A DNA stretch of 64,000 nt from an uncultured Alphaproteobacteria bacterium (GCA_944392275.1 CALXWA010000001.1:4737-68736), one strand, 5' to 3'; positions 1 through 10,477 are shown, counted from the stretch's first letter. The notes: generated by a model from the letters alone, not told the origin. A program made the numbers and translations.

Positions 1-230
1 TTGCTCCGGATTATATTTTTACCTTAGGGGGCAGTGCGGCTAATGCTTTGTTAGAAAGTGCCGAATCAATTTCCAGATTAAGGGGAAAATGGATGGAATA
101 TAAAAGAGAAAATGGATCTGTTTCTAAGGTTTTGGCCAGTTTTCATCCGGCATATTTGTTGAGGAGCCCCGGCCAAAAGGCAAAAGCATGGGCAGATTTG
201 TTACGCTTATCTAAAGCAATAAATTCGTAA
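1..230 (+). CDS. Uracil-DNA glycosylase family 4 (C-terminal part; 5' end lies outside the window)
   Basis: Frame 3 is open from nt 3 (APDYIFTLGGSAANALLESAES...). The C-terminus HPAYLLRSPGQKAKAWADL matches the family-4 UDG (phage-polymerase-related) C-terminal motif. Confidence 0.55.
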   Translation, partial: APDYIFTLGGSAANALLESAESISRLRGKWMEYKRENGSVSKVLASFHPAYLLRSPGQKAKAWADLLRLSKAINS

Positions 231-325
231 ATTGTTATTAAATAATTTACTGTTTGTTGCTATTATAAATAAAATTGTTAATATTATCAAAAGTGAGATT
301 CTAAATTCAGAGTAAGGAAAAAGAC

Positions 326-1060
326 ATGAGAAAATCCCAGATTTTATTTTTACAAATATTAAGTGCGGCTTTTTTACTTAATACAACACCGACCTTTGCT
401 CAAGTGGAAGGGGAGGAAGAAAATTCTTTTGAAGAAGGAATTCTTTTTAAGATTCATAATGTTGTTCCTGTAAAAAATTCTTCGGGATTGATTGCTTCCT
501 GTGATTTTTCGGCAACTTTTTACAATCGCACCCAAAAAACAATTTCAGATGCACAATTAACCTTAATGTGGGAAGACGAAGCCATTGATGATGTAATTAA
601 CTTGGAAAAAAGAGACGCAAAAGAGAATTTACGCACTCGGAAAACAAATGTTTCACGTTATTCAACGTCAAGCTTTACATCGTCTTCTCTGAGTATGCCG
701 CTTCGTTTGCCAACTATCAAGCCGGGACAACAAGTAACTCTGAAATCAAAAATCAATACGGATAGATGTTTCTTACTTTTGAACAATGTAGAAGTTAAGG
801 TTAATAAATGTCGTCTTAAAGAAGCCGGAACTGATAAAAAGAAAGCTACCATCAACAGTAATTCATCTGCATGTACGGGGATGTTCTTGTTTGTATCTGA
901 CAAAAATCCGGAATATTACTCCGAATTTAAAGAAATTTCGGTTAACGCTGAAAACATTAAAGAAAAAGATGACTTTACAAAACAAAGAGAAGAACTGGAA
1001 AATCTGTATAGTATAACGGCCAATAGCCTAAATTCTTTAGCCGATTCTTTGAAAGATTAA
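326..1060 (+). CDS. Secreted hypothetical protein, tandem paralog A
   Basis: AAGGA ribosome-binding site before the ATG. N-terminal signal peptide (LSAAFLLNTTPTFAQ). C-terminal region shares motifs with the next ORF (DRCFLLLNNVEVKVNKCRLKE versus NRCRVKGMSAAQC; LTLMWEDEAI versus VKLVWPLMTT). Confidence 0.45.
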   Translation: MRKSQILFLQILSAAFLLNTTPTFAQVEGEEENSFEEGILFKIHNVVPVKNSSGLIASCDFSATFYNRTQKTISDAQLTLMWEDEAIDDVINLEKRDAKENLRTRKTNVSRYSTSSFTSSSLSMPLRLPTIKPGQQVTLKSKINTDRCFLLLNNVEVKVNKCRLKEAGTDKKKATINSNSSACTGMFLFVSDKNPEYYSEFKEISVNAENIKEKDDFTKQREELENLYSITANSLNSLADSLKD

Positions 1061-1063
1061 AAA

Positions 1064-1759
1064 ATGTTGCAAAGGGTAGGTTGGCTTGCATTGGGATTGA
1101 CCCTAATGGTTTCTGCTTCGTCAAAAGCTCAATCTTTTGGCCAAGATTCAGAACTGGCAACAGCCCGCCCCGCCATAACATCGGTAAGAATGAATTCATC
1201 TTTGCCGCAAACGCAGTCATCATCGGCCAGCTTACAAGATATTCTTTCTCAACGCTATCAAGCAGAGACGAAAGCAGAAGACAAAGAGGAATTCTTCATG
1301 CCGAAAGATGCTTTAGCGCAAATGAAACAGCCTACAACAGATGGCTCCATTCGTGGGACATCAACAATACAAATGGTGAATAAGGTTAACAAAAAAGATC
1401 CAAACGAGCCGGAAATTTTTCTGTTTTTGGATCGTTTTACCATTGGAAGAAGCCTTGGTGGGCAGAGTAGCTGTGATATCCGTTTTGTTGTCTTAAGCCG
1501 CTTGGATAAAAGATTAACATCACTGGATGTAAAATTAGTTTGGCCTTTAATGACAACAGTGCTTTCGTTTAACAATGTGGTTCCCAACACGTTAACATAC
1601 CAAGACTACACGTTAGTTGGGGATGGGTGTTATTCCATTGATCAAATTCCAAATATTGTTGTGAACAGGTGTCGAGTTAAAGGGATGTCTGCGGCACAAT
1701 GTGCCTCAAAAATTACGTGGATTAAACCGATTAATAACCAAGTCCAAGGGAGGCCCTAA
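1064..1759 (+). CDS. Secreted hypothetical protein, tandem paralog B
   Basis: Signal peptide (LALGLTLMVSASSKAQS). Similar length and shared Cys-containing C-terminal motifs with 326..1060. The stop overlaps the start of the next gene (TAATG). Confidence 0.45.
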   Translation: MLQRVGWLALGLTLMVSASSKAQSFGQDSELATARPAITSVRMNSSLPQTQSSSASLQDILSQRYQAETKAEDKEEFFMPKDALAQMKQPTTDGSIRGTSTIQMVNKVNKKDPNEPEIFLFLDRFTIGRSLGGQSSCDIRFVVLSRLDKRLTSLDVKLVWPLMTTVLSFNNVVPNTLTYQDYTLVGDGCYSIDQIPNIVVNRCRVKGMSAAQCASKITWIKPINNQVQGRP

Positions 1760-3507
1760 TGTCTTTTAAAAAGACAATGGCGGCACTATTGAGCTTTTTT
1801 TCCTTGTCTTTGCAAACGGCAGGTGCTGCCGAATGTAATATTGATATTATCAATCCGGTAACGTATAATAAAATTTTAGATTATTTACTGATTGATAAGT
1901 CAGATGTCCGAAACTATAAATATGCCTTTTCGGCTTTGGAACAAAATGACTTTGAAGAAGCAGACAACTACCTGCAAAAAATTGACAGTAATATTATCAT
2001 GGGCCATGCCTTGGCACAAAAATATTTATCCCCGAAATACAAAACAAAATATGCAGAATTGAAAGAATGGCTTGAAGAGTATAATGATTTGCCAATGGCC
2101 GGAAAAATTTATAAATTGGCCGTAAAAAAAGGTGGAGCCAAAGGTTTGGTAAAACCCAAAAAACAAAGGGAAGCCTCGTATATCAGTGGTTGGAAAAATG
2201 AAGATATTGATCACTTAAACGCATCGGATAAAAAATATATCCGCCAACAAGTCGTAAAGTTTAGAAAAAATCTCAATAAAGGAAAAACCAAGATTGCCCG
2301 CCAAGTTTTAGAACAAAAACGATTTCGGATGAAGGCTCCCAACAAATATTGGGACGACATGGCCGCTACTTTATCAATGAAATACTTGGTTGATAATTAT
2401 TTACAACTTGCTTTCAAATGGTCAAGCAAAGCCGCCGCCCGAGGAACATCCGGTATGGGGGCTTGGGTCGCAGGTTTATCATCCTGGCAACAAAAAAAGT
2501 ACAAAACAGCTGCAAAATATTTTGATAAATTGGCTTCTTCATCAAATTCGGATGAATGGTTGGTTTCTGCCGGAGGCTATTGGGGCTATCGGGCTTATGA
2601 AAAGTTAAAAAACTCGGTTAAAGCCAAACAGATGTTACAAAAAGCCGCAAAATATAAACATACGTTTTATGGAATTTTGGCGGCCTATCAATTAGGCGAG
2701 CCAATGGATTATAATTGGGATGCGGTCACATATTTAAACAATTTTGATTCTTATGATTATGTTTATGAACTGTTAGCATCACCTTCCATACGTCGAGCCG
2801 CAATTCTGCTCCATGCAGAACAGGTGGATTTGGCGGAACAAGAATTGCGTTTTGGTTATAATGATATGACCGATAAACAAAAAGAAGCAACAATTTATAT
2901 TGCTAATCAGTTTGGAATGCATGCGTTAGCCATTTATGCCTGCAATCAAAGCAAAAATATTGAAGATAATATCAGTTACGATGGTGTAGCTTATCCTATC
3001 CCGGAATTTTTACCGATAAGTGGCTGGAAAGTGGATAAAGCTTTGGTCTTGGCTTTAGTTCGGCAAGAATCTTCGTTTCGTCCGGAGGCACAAAGTCCGG
3101 CAGGAGCCAGAGGGCTAATGCAATTGATGCCCAATACCGCTTACCACATTACCAAAGATGTTTCCGTCAAAAAAAATAAAAATGTTTTATTAGACGCCGA
3201 ATATAATTTGGAATTAGGGCAAAAATACGTCAACTATCTGATGGAAAAGTCGTTCATAGATGGGAACTTATTTTACATGATGACGGCATATAATGCCGGA
3301 CCGGGAAATTTGGTAAAATGGAAAAAACAAGCCCGTTATCAAGATGATCCTTTAACCTTTATAGAAGTTATTCCCTCTGCAGAAACCAGAATCTATATTG
3401 AAAGGGTAATGGCAAATTATTGGATCTACAATTTTCGGTTTGGACTTTCTAACCCGACCATCCGCCAGCTGGCAGAAGGCAAATGGCCAACTCTTGATAA
3501 AAATTAA
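1759..3507 (+). CDS. slt: Soluble lytic murein transglycosylase (Slt family)
   Basis: Signal peptide, then the classic SLT-domain motif LVRQESSFRPEAQSPAGARGLMQLMPNTA with the catalytic Glu, followed by AYNAGPGN. Confidence 0.75.
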   Translation: MSFKKTMAALLSFFSLSLQTAGAAECNIDIINPVTYNKILDYLLIDKSDVRNYKYAFSALEQNDFEEADNYLQKIDSNIIMGHALAQKYLSPKYKTKYAELKEWLEEYNDLPMAGKIYKLAVKKGGAKGLVKPKKQREASYISGWKNEDIDHLNASDKKYIRQQVVKFRKNLNKGKTKIARQVLEQKRFRMKAPNKYWDDMAATLSMKYLVDNYLQLAFKWSSKAAARGTSGMGAWVAGLSSWQQKKYKTAAKYFDKLASSSNSDEWLVSAGGYWGYRAYEKLKNSVKAKQMLQKAAKYKHTFYGILAAYQLGEPMDYNWDAVTYLNNFDSYDYVYELLASPSIRRAAILLHAEQVDLAEQELRFGYNDMTDKQKEATIYIANQFGMHALAIYACNQSKNIEDNISYDGVAYPIPEFLPISGWKVDKALVLALVRQESSFRPEAQSPAGARGLMQLMPNTAYHITKDVSVKKNKNVLLDAEYNLELGQKYVNYLMEKSFIDGNLFYMMTAYNAGPGNLVKWKKQARYQDDPLTFIEVIPSAETRIYIERVMANYWIYNFRFGLSNPTIRQLAEGKWPTLDKN

Positions 3508-3585
3508 AAAGGCTCTGCCTTGAAAATATCTTCACCTTCATTATATCAAAAATAATTAATGTAATAACGGATGAAGGAGAAGATT

Positions 3586-3906
3586 ATGGAACTCTATTTG
3601 TTTTTATCATTTGTGGTTATTTATCTCATTTCTTCTTTTTTTATTAGTAAACAAGCCTTGCATAAAATATGGACATTAGCCTTTATTTTGTCGTTTATTG
3701 CGACCTCAATCGCCATAGCTTTTTTGAGAATGAATAATCAAGATGTGATGATGAATGCCGATCAATTGAATTGGTATTATATACTCTATTTGTTTGGTTC
3801 AATGTCGGTTGTGCTCGGAGTGATTAACCTCTGGATGTACCGAGGCCCGTTGTGGAGAAATCTTTTTGGTAAAGACGAGGAAGAAGAGGACGACAACAAC
3901 GTATAA
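3586..3906 (+). CDS. Small integral membrane protein, hypothetical
   Basis: Three predicted transmembrane segments and an acidic C-terminal tail (EEEEDDNNV). GAAGGAGAAG ribosome-binding site before the ATG at 3586. Confidence 0.35.
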   Translation: MELYLFLSFVVIYLISSFFISKQALHKIWTLAFILSFIATSIAIAFLRMNNQDVMMNADQLNWYYILYLFGSMSVVLGVINLWMYRGPLWRNLFGKDEEEEDDNNV

Positions 3907-3970
3907 ATCGCTTTTCTTTTAACGGAATTTGGTGTATGAATCTTTTATCACAAAAAATGAAAGATAAAAG

Positions 3971-5560
3971 ATGTTACGTTTTAGCAATATCAAAATTCCG
4001 GTTGATGCAGGAAAAGAAGTTTTAGAGCAAGAAATTCAAAAACAAATCGGAGCCCATAAAATAATCCATTGGCAATTGGTCAAAAAAGCAATTGATGCCC
4101 GGAGTAGGGATTGTATCTATTTTGTGTATACGGTTGATGTTGATGTCGCAGATGAAGATGAGGTTTTAGCAAAAAGCCCATGGAAGTACATTGAAAAAGC
4201 CCTTCCCAATCTTCCTCTACAAATCAAAAAAGTCACAAGCTCTAGCATCCGTCCTTTGGTTGTCGGAAGTGGACCGGCAGGAATGTTTGCGGCTCTTGTT
4301 TTGGCACAAGCCGGGTTAGAGCCATTGATTATAGAAAGAGGATCGGAAATTTCTCGCCGCCACCAAGAAGTGGATACCTTTTGGCAAAAAGGAAAATTGA
4401 ATCTAAATTCAAATGTCCAGTTCGGAGAAGGAGGGGCCGGAACATTTTCTGATGGAAAACTGATGACCGGAATAAAAAAAGATGCTCACACAGCGTATGT
4501 TTTACAAACTTTTGTGGACGCCGGAGCACCCAAAGAAATTTTATTTTTGGCAAAACCCCACCTCGGAACCGATAATTTAATCAAAATTGTGGCCAATATC
4601 CGAAAAAAAATTGAAAGTCTCGGTGGTGAATATCGTTTTAATACCCAATTAAAAGATATCTCCGTAAAGGACGGAAAAATCGTTTCGGCCATTGTGTGTG
4701 ATGCCGCCGGAAGAGAAGAGGAAATCATAACCAACGCAATTATTTTGGCAATTGGCCACAGTGCCAGAGATACCTTTGAAATGCTGTATAAACGCCAAGT
4801 TCCGATGACGGCAAAACCATTTTCGGTCGGGGTTCGGATTGAGCATCCGCAAAGTTTAATCAATAAAGCACTTTACCACAAATACTGGAATAGTCCCTAT
4901 TTAGGAGCCGCCGATTATAAAATGTCGGTCCATTTGCCAAATGGCCGTTCGGCTTATACTTTTTGTATGTGTCCGGGGGGCGTGGTTGTTGCCGCTGCCT
5001 CAGAACAAAATGCCGTAGTGACCAATGGAATGAGCTATTATGCCAGAGACAAACAAAATGCCAATTCGGCTTTGTTGGTTGGTGTTACGCCGGAGGATTT
5101 TGGAACATCGCATCCGCTGGGCGGCATGTATTTTCAAAGAAACATTGAACAAAAAGCCTTTTTAGCCGGGCATAAAACCTATCAAGCTCCGGCACAAAAA
5201 TGTGGCGATTTTTTAAAAAATATTCCCTCACAATCCGCAGGAGAAGTCCATCCAAGCTATAGTTGCGGTGTTATATGGGGAAATTTAGATACGGTGTTCC
5301 CTGATTATGTAACCGAAACGTTACGTTTGGCAATTAAAGAGATGGATAAAAAATTACACGGATTTAATTACCCGGATGCGGTCTTAACCGGAGCCGAAAC
5401 CCGAAGCTCCTCTCCGGTTAAATTTTTACGAGGAGAAGATAATCAGAGCCCGGTTTTAGGCTTGTATCCTTGCGGAGAAGGGGCAGGCTTTGCCGGCGGA
5501 ATAATGTCTGCCGCCGTTGATGGTATAAAAACGGCCTTAAATCTACTCAAGCAAAAATAA
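3971..5560 (+). CDS. FAD-dependent protein (uncharacterised FAD-dependent dehydrogenase family, COG2509-like)
   Basis: Rossmann dinucleotide motif VVGSGPAGMFAAL. The ~530-aa length and a conserved C-terminal block (LYPCGEGAGFAGGIMSAAVDG) fit this family. Confidence 0.55.
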   Translation: MLRFSNIKIPVDAGKEVLEQEIQKQIGAHKIIHWQLVKKAIDARSRDCIYFVYTVDVDVADEDEVLAKSPWKYIEKALPNLPLQIKKVTSSSIRPLVVGSGPAGMFAALVLAQAGLEPLIIERGSEISRRHQEVDTFWQKGKLNLNSNVQFGEGGAGTFSDGKLMTGIKKDAHTAYVLQTFVDAGAPKEILFLAKPHLGTDNLIKIVANIRKKIESLGGEYRFNTQLKDISVKDGKIVSAIVCDAAGREEEIITNAIILAIGHSARDTFEMLYKRQVPMTAKPFSVGVRIEHPQSLINKALYHKYWNSPYLGAADYKMSVHLPNGRSAYTFCMCPGGVVVAAASEQNAVVTNGMSYYARDKQNANSALLVGVTPEDFGTSHPLGGMYFQRNIEQKAFLAGHKTYQAPAQKCGDFLKNIPSQSAGEVHPSYSCGVIWGNLDTVFPDYVTETLRLAIKEMDKKLHGFNYPDAVLTGAETRSSSPVKFLRGEDNQSPVLGLYPCGEGAGFAGGIMSAAVDGIKTALNLLKQK

Positions 5561-5573
5561 ACAGGAGGAAAAA

Positions 5574-6323
5574 ATGGAAAATAACACAAAATCACAAGAA
5601 AAATGTTTTTGCCGCTACGCTTCGTCTTTAACTCTGGCAATCGGCCTGGTATTGGCCGGATTCTTTCCGGGATATTATTACTACAAAAGTAAAACATCGG
5701 CTAATTTTGTGAGTGTGAAAGGATTGGCAGAAATGAATGTTAAAGCCGACTTAGCGGTTTGGAAGATTAAATTTGTGACCACCAATAATGATTTGCTCGC
5801 GGCACAACAAGAAATAGAAAGACAAAAGCAACTGGTCTGGGATTTTTTGTTAAAACAAGGTTTAGCAGAAAAAGACATTAATGAAGGCCGTGTTGAAACC
5901 AATGATCTAATGGCAAGTCCATACCGCGGAAGCAATGATATGACCTCTCGTTTTATCTTGAGTCAAACCTTAACGGTCCGCACAGAAAATGTTGATATTG
6001 TTGAAGAAGCATTAAGCAAAAGCAGTGAGCTTGTAGCAAAAGGCGTTATTTTTGATGCCCAATCCTATGGTTCACCGGTAGCCTATATTTTTACCAAATT
6101 AAATGAAATCAAACCTCAAATGTTGGAAGAAGCCACTAAAAACGCTGCCGAAGCCGCGGCCGAATTTGCAAAAAGTTCTAAATCAAAAGTTGGAAAAATT
6201 CGCAATGCCAATCAAGGTGTCTTTACAATTTTGCCGGCAGAAGAAACTCCGGATGCCATACAGTCGCAACAAATTAATAAAAAAGTTCGTGTTGTTTCAA
6301 CCATTCAATATTGGTTGGAATAA
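5574..6323 (+). CDS. SIMPL domain (DUF541) protein, membrane-anchored
   Basis: N-terminal transmembrane anchor. The spacing of conserved residues resembles YggE/SIMPL 26-kDa periplasmic proteins (VKGLAEMNVKAD..., ...TLTVRTENVD..., C-terminal VVSTIQYWL). Confidence 0.5.
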   Translation: MENNTKSQEKCFCRYASSLTLAIGLVLAGFFPGYYYYKSKTSANFVSVKGLAEMNVKADLAVWKIKFVTTNNDLLAAQQEIERQKQLVWDFLLKQGLAEKDINEGRVETNDLMASPYRGSNDMTSRFILSQTLTVRTENVDIVEEALSKSSELVAKGVIFDAQSYGSPVAYIFTKLNEIKPQMLEEATKNAAEAAAEFAKSSKSKVGKIRNANQGVFTILPAEETPDAIQSQQINKKVRVVSTIQYWLE

Positions 6324-6417
6324 GTTGCTTGAAGAAACAATTTTTACTTTACAAGAGCAACAGACGTGTTAAATATACATGTATAAGTTTTATTATTAAT
6401 AAATTAAATTAAAAGTC

Positions 6418-6687
6418 ATGAGCAAAAAGAAAATTGATTTTGAGAAAGTGTTTATAAATTTTCAATCAACACTTGTCTTGTATTTTTTGATGTACATTGT
6501 ATCGGTTTTATTTCAAGACGGGAGATCCCTCTGGAGTAGAATTATATTTACCGGAATGACGGTACTGATTGGAGGAATTTTCTTAAAGAACTATGGTTGG
6601 AAACGGTTTATTCCAATTTTTATTCTGTCGTTAATCTTGACGATCCTTACCTGTCTTTTCATGACAAACAAAACGCCTCTTTTTTAA
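6418..6687 (+). CDS. Small membrane protein, hypothetical
   Basis: 89 aa with two or three hydrophobic helices. No recognisable motif. Confidence 0.3.
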   Translation: MSKKKIDFEKVFINFQSTLVLYFLMYIVSVLFQDGRSLWSRIIFTGMTVLIGGIFLKNYGWKRFIPIFILSLILTILTCLFMTNKTPLF

Positions 6688-6721
6688 AAGGGGCGTTTTT
6701 TGTTATTAAAGTTAGAAGATA

Positions 6722-7369
6722 CTAGATATCGGCAATAACCGTCATGCTGATAATCTCATCAGGGTTATCGACCGCTCCGTTAGGACCAGTCCCTTTTTTA
6801 ATATTATCAACATATTCCATTCCGGAGGTAACTTCTCCCCAAACTGTATATTGTCCGTTCAACCAAGCACAGTCGGCAAAACAAATAAAAAATTGGCTAT
6901 CGGCAGAATCCGGCATCATGGCCCGAGCCATAGAAACGGTTCCTCTTTTATGAGGGCGGGTATTAAATTCAGCTTTTAATTTTTGGCCGCTTCCACCGGT
7001 TCCCGTCCCGTAAGGACATCCGGTTTGTGCCATAAATCCGTCAATCACCCGATGAAATTTAAGTCCATTATAAAAACCGGCTCGAACCAATTCTTTAATC
7101 CGGGCAACATGGTTCGGAGCAACGTCAGGAAACATTTCAATCACAACGTCACCATCTTTTAGTTTAAGCAACAGAGCATTTTCAGGATCCTTAACTTGAT
7201 AAGAATGTTTAATCTTTTTAGCTCGGGTTTTGCTGATGGTCAATTTGGGTGTTTCGGCTTTTTTCAAACCTTTTGTTTCAGCTTTTGCCAGCTTTTTTGC
7301 TTCAGTGTTTTTTAACAGTTTTGTTTCCTCTTTTGGAGTTTTCGTTTTAGTCTTAATATCTTTAGCCAT
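6722..7369 (-). CDS. Peptidyl-prolyl cis-trans isomerase, cyclophilin type, with a Lys-rich N-terminal extension
   Basis: Cyclophilin signatures: FHRVIDGFMAQTGCP, GTVSMARA, SQFFICF, WLNGQYTVWGEV. The start MAKDIK has a GAGAGGA ribosome-binding site. Confidence 0.8.
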   Translation of the reverse strand: MAKDIKTKTKTPKEETKLLKNTEAKKLAKAETKGLKKAETPKLTISKTRAKKIKHSYQVKDPENALLLKLKDGDVVIEMFPDVAPNHVARIKELVRAGFYNGLKFHRVIDGFMAQTGCPYGTGTGGSGQKLKAEFNTRPHKRGTVSMARAMMPDSADSQFFICFADCAWLNGQYTVWGEVTSGMEYVDNIKKGTGPNGAVDNPDEIISMTVIADI

Positions 7370-7440
7370 AATATCCTCTCTATCAAAAAACAACAATTCT
7401 TTTAATATAATATAGGGATAAAAAAACGAAATTGCACTGT

Positions 7441-8400
7441 TTAAAATTTCGCTTTATTTAACAAGAACTCAATTCGCTCTTCCGGAGAAAGATTTTTGGG
7501 AAACTTTTTATCAACCAACTTCAACCGATCAATCAGCCCAATTCCGTTTGCTATTTGGATAGCCAACCCCGGTCTTGCATTAAGCTCCAACATCATAGGA
7601 CCTCGGTTTGCATCAAGAACAATATCAGCTCCTAAATATCCCAAACCGGTCATCTCAAAAGCTTTTGCTCCGATGAGTAAATGTTCTTTCCACATTGGAA
7701 CTTCAATTTTACTTAAATCGGCCTGCGTATCCGGATGAAGCAAAATAGGTTTGTTGTACATCACCGCTTTTAGAGATTTTCCGGTTTGGATGTCCAAACC
7801 AACTCCGACAGCTCCTTGGTGCAGATTAGCTCTTCCTCCGGAAGCTTTGGTCGACAATCTTGTCATCGCCATTGCCGGATATCCCTTATAGACAATCAAT
7901 CGCACGTCCGGAACACCCTGATAGCTATAATCCTTAAAAATATTTGAGAAATGCACCATTTCTTCAATCAAGGCAACATCATACTTTCCGCCCAAGCTGT
8001 ACAGACCACTCAAAATATTAGAGATATGCTTATAAATATCTTTGTAACCCAAGACTTTTCCGGAAGGTTGAATAAATTTTTCGCCATCGTGTTGGGCAAT
8101 AACCAAGACCCCTTTGCCCCCACTACCATGGGCAGGCTTGATAACAAATTCCTTAACCTCCTGAACGAGATTGACAAAGTTTTTAACTTCGTGTTGAAAC
8201 TCAATTGTCCCAATCATCTTAGGGGTATTAATTCCGGCTTTTTGTGCCAATTGTTTGGTTTGGACTTTGTCATCAACCAAAGGGTACAACCGCCGCTCAT
8301 TATACTGAGAAATAACCTTAAAATTTCTTCGATTCATTCCCATAACCCCGCTTTCGCGAAGTCTTTTAGGGGAAACATAGTTTTTAAAAGGATTCCACAT
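7441..8400 (-). CDS. Alpha-L-glutamate ligase-like ATP-grasp protein (RimK-related)
   Basis: ATP-grasp layout: KPAHGSGGKGVLVI, ...DVRLIVYKG..., GADIVLDANRGPMMLELNARPG. It is the last gene of the three-gene minus-strand operon 10477->7441. Confidence 0.65.
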   Translation of the reverse strand: MWNPFKNYVSPKRLRESGVMGMNRRNFKVISQYNERRLYPLVDDKVQTKQLAQKAGINTPKMIGTIEFQHEVKNFVNLVQEVKEFVIKPAHGSGGKGVLVIAQHDGEKFIQPSGKVLGYKDIYKHISNILSGLYSLGGKYDVALIEEMVHFSNIFKDYSYQGVPDVRLIVYKGYPAMAMTRLSTKASGGRANLHQGAVGVGLDIQTGKSLKAVMYNKPILLHPDTQADLSKIEVPMWKEHLLIGAKAFEMTGLGYLGADIVLDANRGPMMLELNARPGLAIQIANGIGLIDRLKLVDKKFPKNLSPEERIEFLLNKAKF

Positions 8401-8401
8401 T

Positions 8402-9958
8402 TTATTTCTCTTTAACTAAAGGAGCAAAACGTTTTAATTCGGTCAGACGGTACCCGGTGTAGGTTCCAAGCAGCATAACAACACACAAAATAACCAAATT
8501 AAATTCGTTGAAAGCAAACATAATATGACGAATATATTCATCATTAATAATAAAGTAGGTAACAATCGCCGCAATCAAACTATAAAAGATTTCTCTTCCG
8601 GCGTTGGCAGCTCCGTCTTCTTCCCAAGTAATAGAGGCGCGTTCAATAATCCACGCCATAATAATGATAGGGAAGAACACGGCCGATTGGGCAATGGTAA
8701 AGTCAAACTGATATCCGGCCACCGTCAAAAATTGCATAATCAAAATCACAAAAATAACAACGGCCGAAATTCTCGGAACCAATAACAAGTTCAGCTTAGA
8801 AAGAATAAACCGAATGGTAAGTCCCACAGCAACAATTAATGTAAAACAGATTAATCCGGGCCAAAATCCGGTTTTGACCAATGCCAAAGAAATTAACATT
8901 GGAGTAAAGGTCCCCATTGTGTTCAAGCCGACAATATTACGAATTAAAACAATAACCAAAATTGCCAACGGGAAAATGGTCAGCCATTTCAAGGTGCTCT
9001 GTTCGGCAAGGGGCAAACTATAGATAGAATAATCAAACCATGACTTATGTCCGGTTAACTTTGCTCGTTTTTCAGCAAGGCTTAAAGAAGAGGTAATCGA
9101 TTTTAAAACCGTAAATTTGACACTGGAATTTTCGCCTCCCTCAATATCAAGCAAAGATTCTCCGCCTCTTTGGAACAAAATAAAATTATCGGGAAGCCCT
9201 TTTTCTGCCGTAACAATATTATAAATCATCCATTTGTTGTTCAAATAAGCTTCCAACATCAAATCCGGATTAAAAGATCTCCGATCTTCTTCCAGTTTAA
9301 AGCCACGGACAACCCGATTAGGAATACCGTTATAAGACAAAATAAGCCGCAAGTTTTCCATCAATTCTTTTTGTGTCTTTTTGACCGGCATTAAAGCTTT
9401 AACAGCCGGAGAGCCAGGAACTTGGTTGAGTTCTTTAATAATCTGCACAACCTTGTTTCCTTCTTGTTTTTTCGCCAAATCGGAGATTTGTTTAACCAGG
9501 GCTTCGGTTTGTTCTTCTAAAACAGGCTTTTCCGGAGCTTGAGGTTGTTTGGCATAGGTTTTTCCTTTTGCATCCACATTATCAAACAACATCACACGAT
9601 AATAAACGGTTTGCGGTCCTTCTTTAGCCGGAGAAGTAATTTGCATCCGTTCGGTATCTTTAACAATTTTTTTTGATTTATATCCTTCAGCCGTAACGTT
9701 TTCTTCCAAAACCTTAAACTGTTCGGAAGTTTTAGGGGTTGTCAACAAAATTTTGATAGGTTCTCCGGTCGGGTCAAAATTGATACTGGCCTCAATTGTC
9801 CAAATATCCGAATTTTGATTCGGAGCAAAATTAAACCCCCAATAGCGAATTTTGTAATAAGCACTAAAAGAGGCATAAATTAAGGATAAAAAGAGTAAAA
9901 CAGTTAAAAAGAAACGAGTTGTAAGATAATTTTTCAGCATGGATTCAAACTTTAACAA
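8402..9958 (-). CDS. Inactive-transglutaminase-like periplasmic domain fused to 7 transmembrane helices (UUP1-type membrane protein)
   Basis: One N-terminal transmembrane helix, a ~300-aa soluble domain, then seven C-terminal hydrophobic helices. Its start is 1 nt after the upstream gene and its stop 1 nt before the downstream gene. Confidence 0.5.
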   Translation of the reverse strand: MLKFESMLKNYLTTRFFLTVLLFLSLIYASFSAYYKIRYWGFNFAPNQNSDIWTIEASINFDPTGEPIKILLTTPKTSEQFKVLEENVTAEGYKSKKIVKDTERMQITSPAKEGPQTVYYRVMLFDNVDAKGKTYAKQPQAPEKPVLEEQTEALVKQISDLAKKQEGNKVVQIIKELNQVPGSPAVKALMPVKKTQKELMENLRLILSYNGIPNRVVRGFKLEEDRRSFNPDLMLEAYLNNKWMIYNIVTAEKGLPDNFILFQRGGESLLDIEGGENSSVKFTVLKSITSSLSLAEKRAKLTGHKSWFDYSIYSLPLAEQSTLKWLTIFPLAILVIVLIRNIVGLNTMGTFTPMLISLALVKTGFWPGLICFTLIVAVGLTIRFILSKLNLLLVPRISAVVIFVILIMQFLTVAGYQFDFTIAQSAVFFPIIIMAWIIERASITWEEDGAANAGREIFYSLIAAIVTYFIINDEYIRHIMFAFNEFNLVILCVVMLLGTYTGYRLTELKRFAPLVKEK

Positions 9959-9961
9959 AAA

Positions 9962-10477
9962 TTAGTGAAGGGTATTTTCAATAGACGGATCAACCATAAA
10001 ACGCCCGTTTAGAACATTTCGACCGATTAAAGCCTGATAGGTAAATTTTTCACGATTAGCGAGGGAAAACTCAGCATTTATAAGGTTGCTTCCGATTTTA
10101 ATGTCCATATTAACGACCAAGCGTTTTTCGTCTTTATTAATACGAGTAATATTAACTTTACGTGTTACTTTTTTTTCAAAATGGTGTTTTTCGCCATTTT
10201 CATCATGTTTTAGGTCAAAAGAAACCCACTTTTCGCCATCTCTTTCAAATTGGTGCAGATTCGCTACATCAATAGACGATGTTTCGGCTCCGGTATCAAT
10301 TCTGGCAGCAAAAGGCACCTGCATCGGTAAAAAATAAATCGGTTCCACACCTCCGATAACTTCCAACGGCGTGCTGGTCTTTTTTACCTCAACACCGGGA
10401 ACCAACTCGGGTTTAACGTTATTCTGACAAGAAGAAACCATAAAAATCAATCCTAGAAGCAATAAATATTTTTTCAT
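9962..10477 (-). CDS. Retropepsin-like 'ATP-dependent zinc protease' family (DUF785) lipoprotein
   Basis: Lipobox signal (LGLIFMVSSCQ). Aspartic-protease-like motif ARIDTGAETSSIDV. It is the first gene of the three-gene operon. Confidence 0.6.
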   Translation of the reverse strand: MKKYLLLLGLIFMVSSCQNNVKPELVPGVEVKKTSTPLEVIGGVEPIYFLPMQVPFAARIDTGAETSSIDVANLHQFERDGEKWVSFDLKHDENGEKHHFEKKVTRKVNITRINKDEKRLVVNMDIKIGSNLINAEFSLANREKFTYQALIGRNVLNGRFMVDPSIENTLH

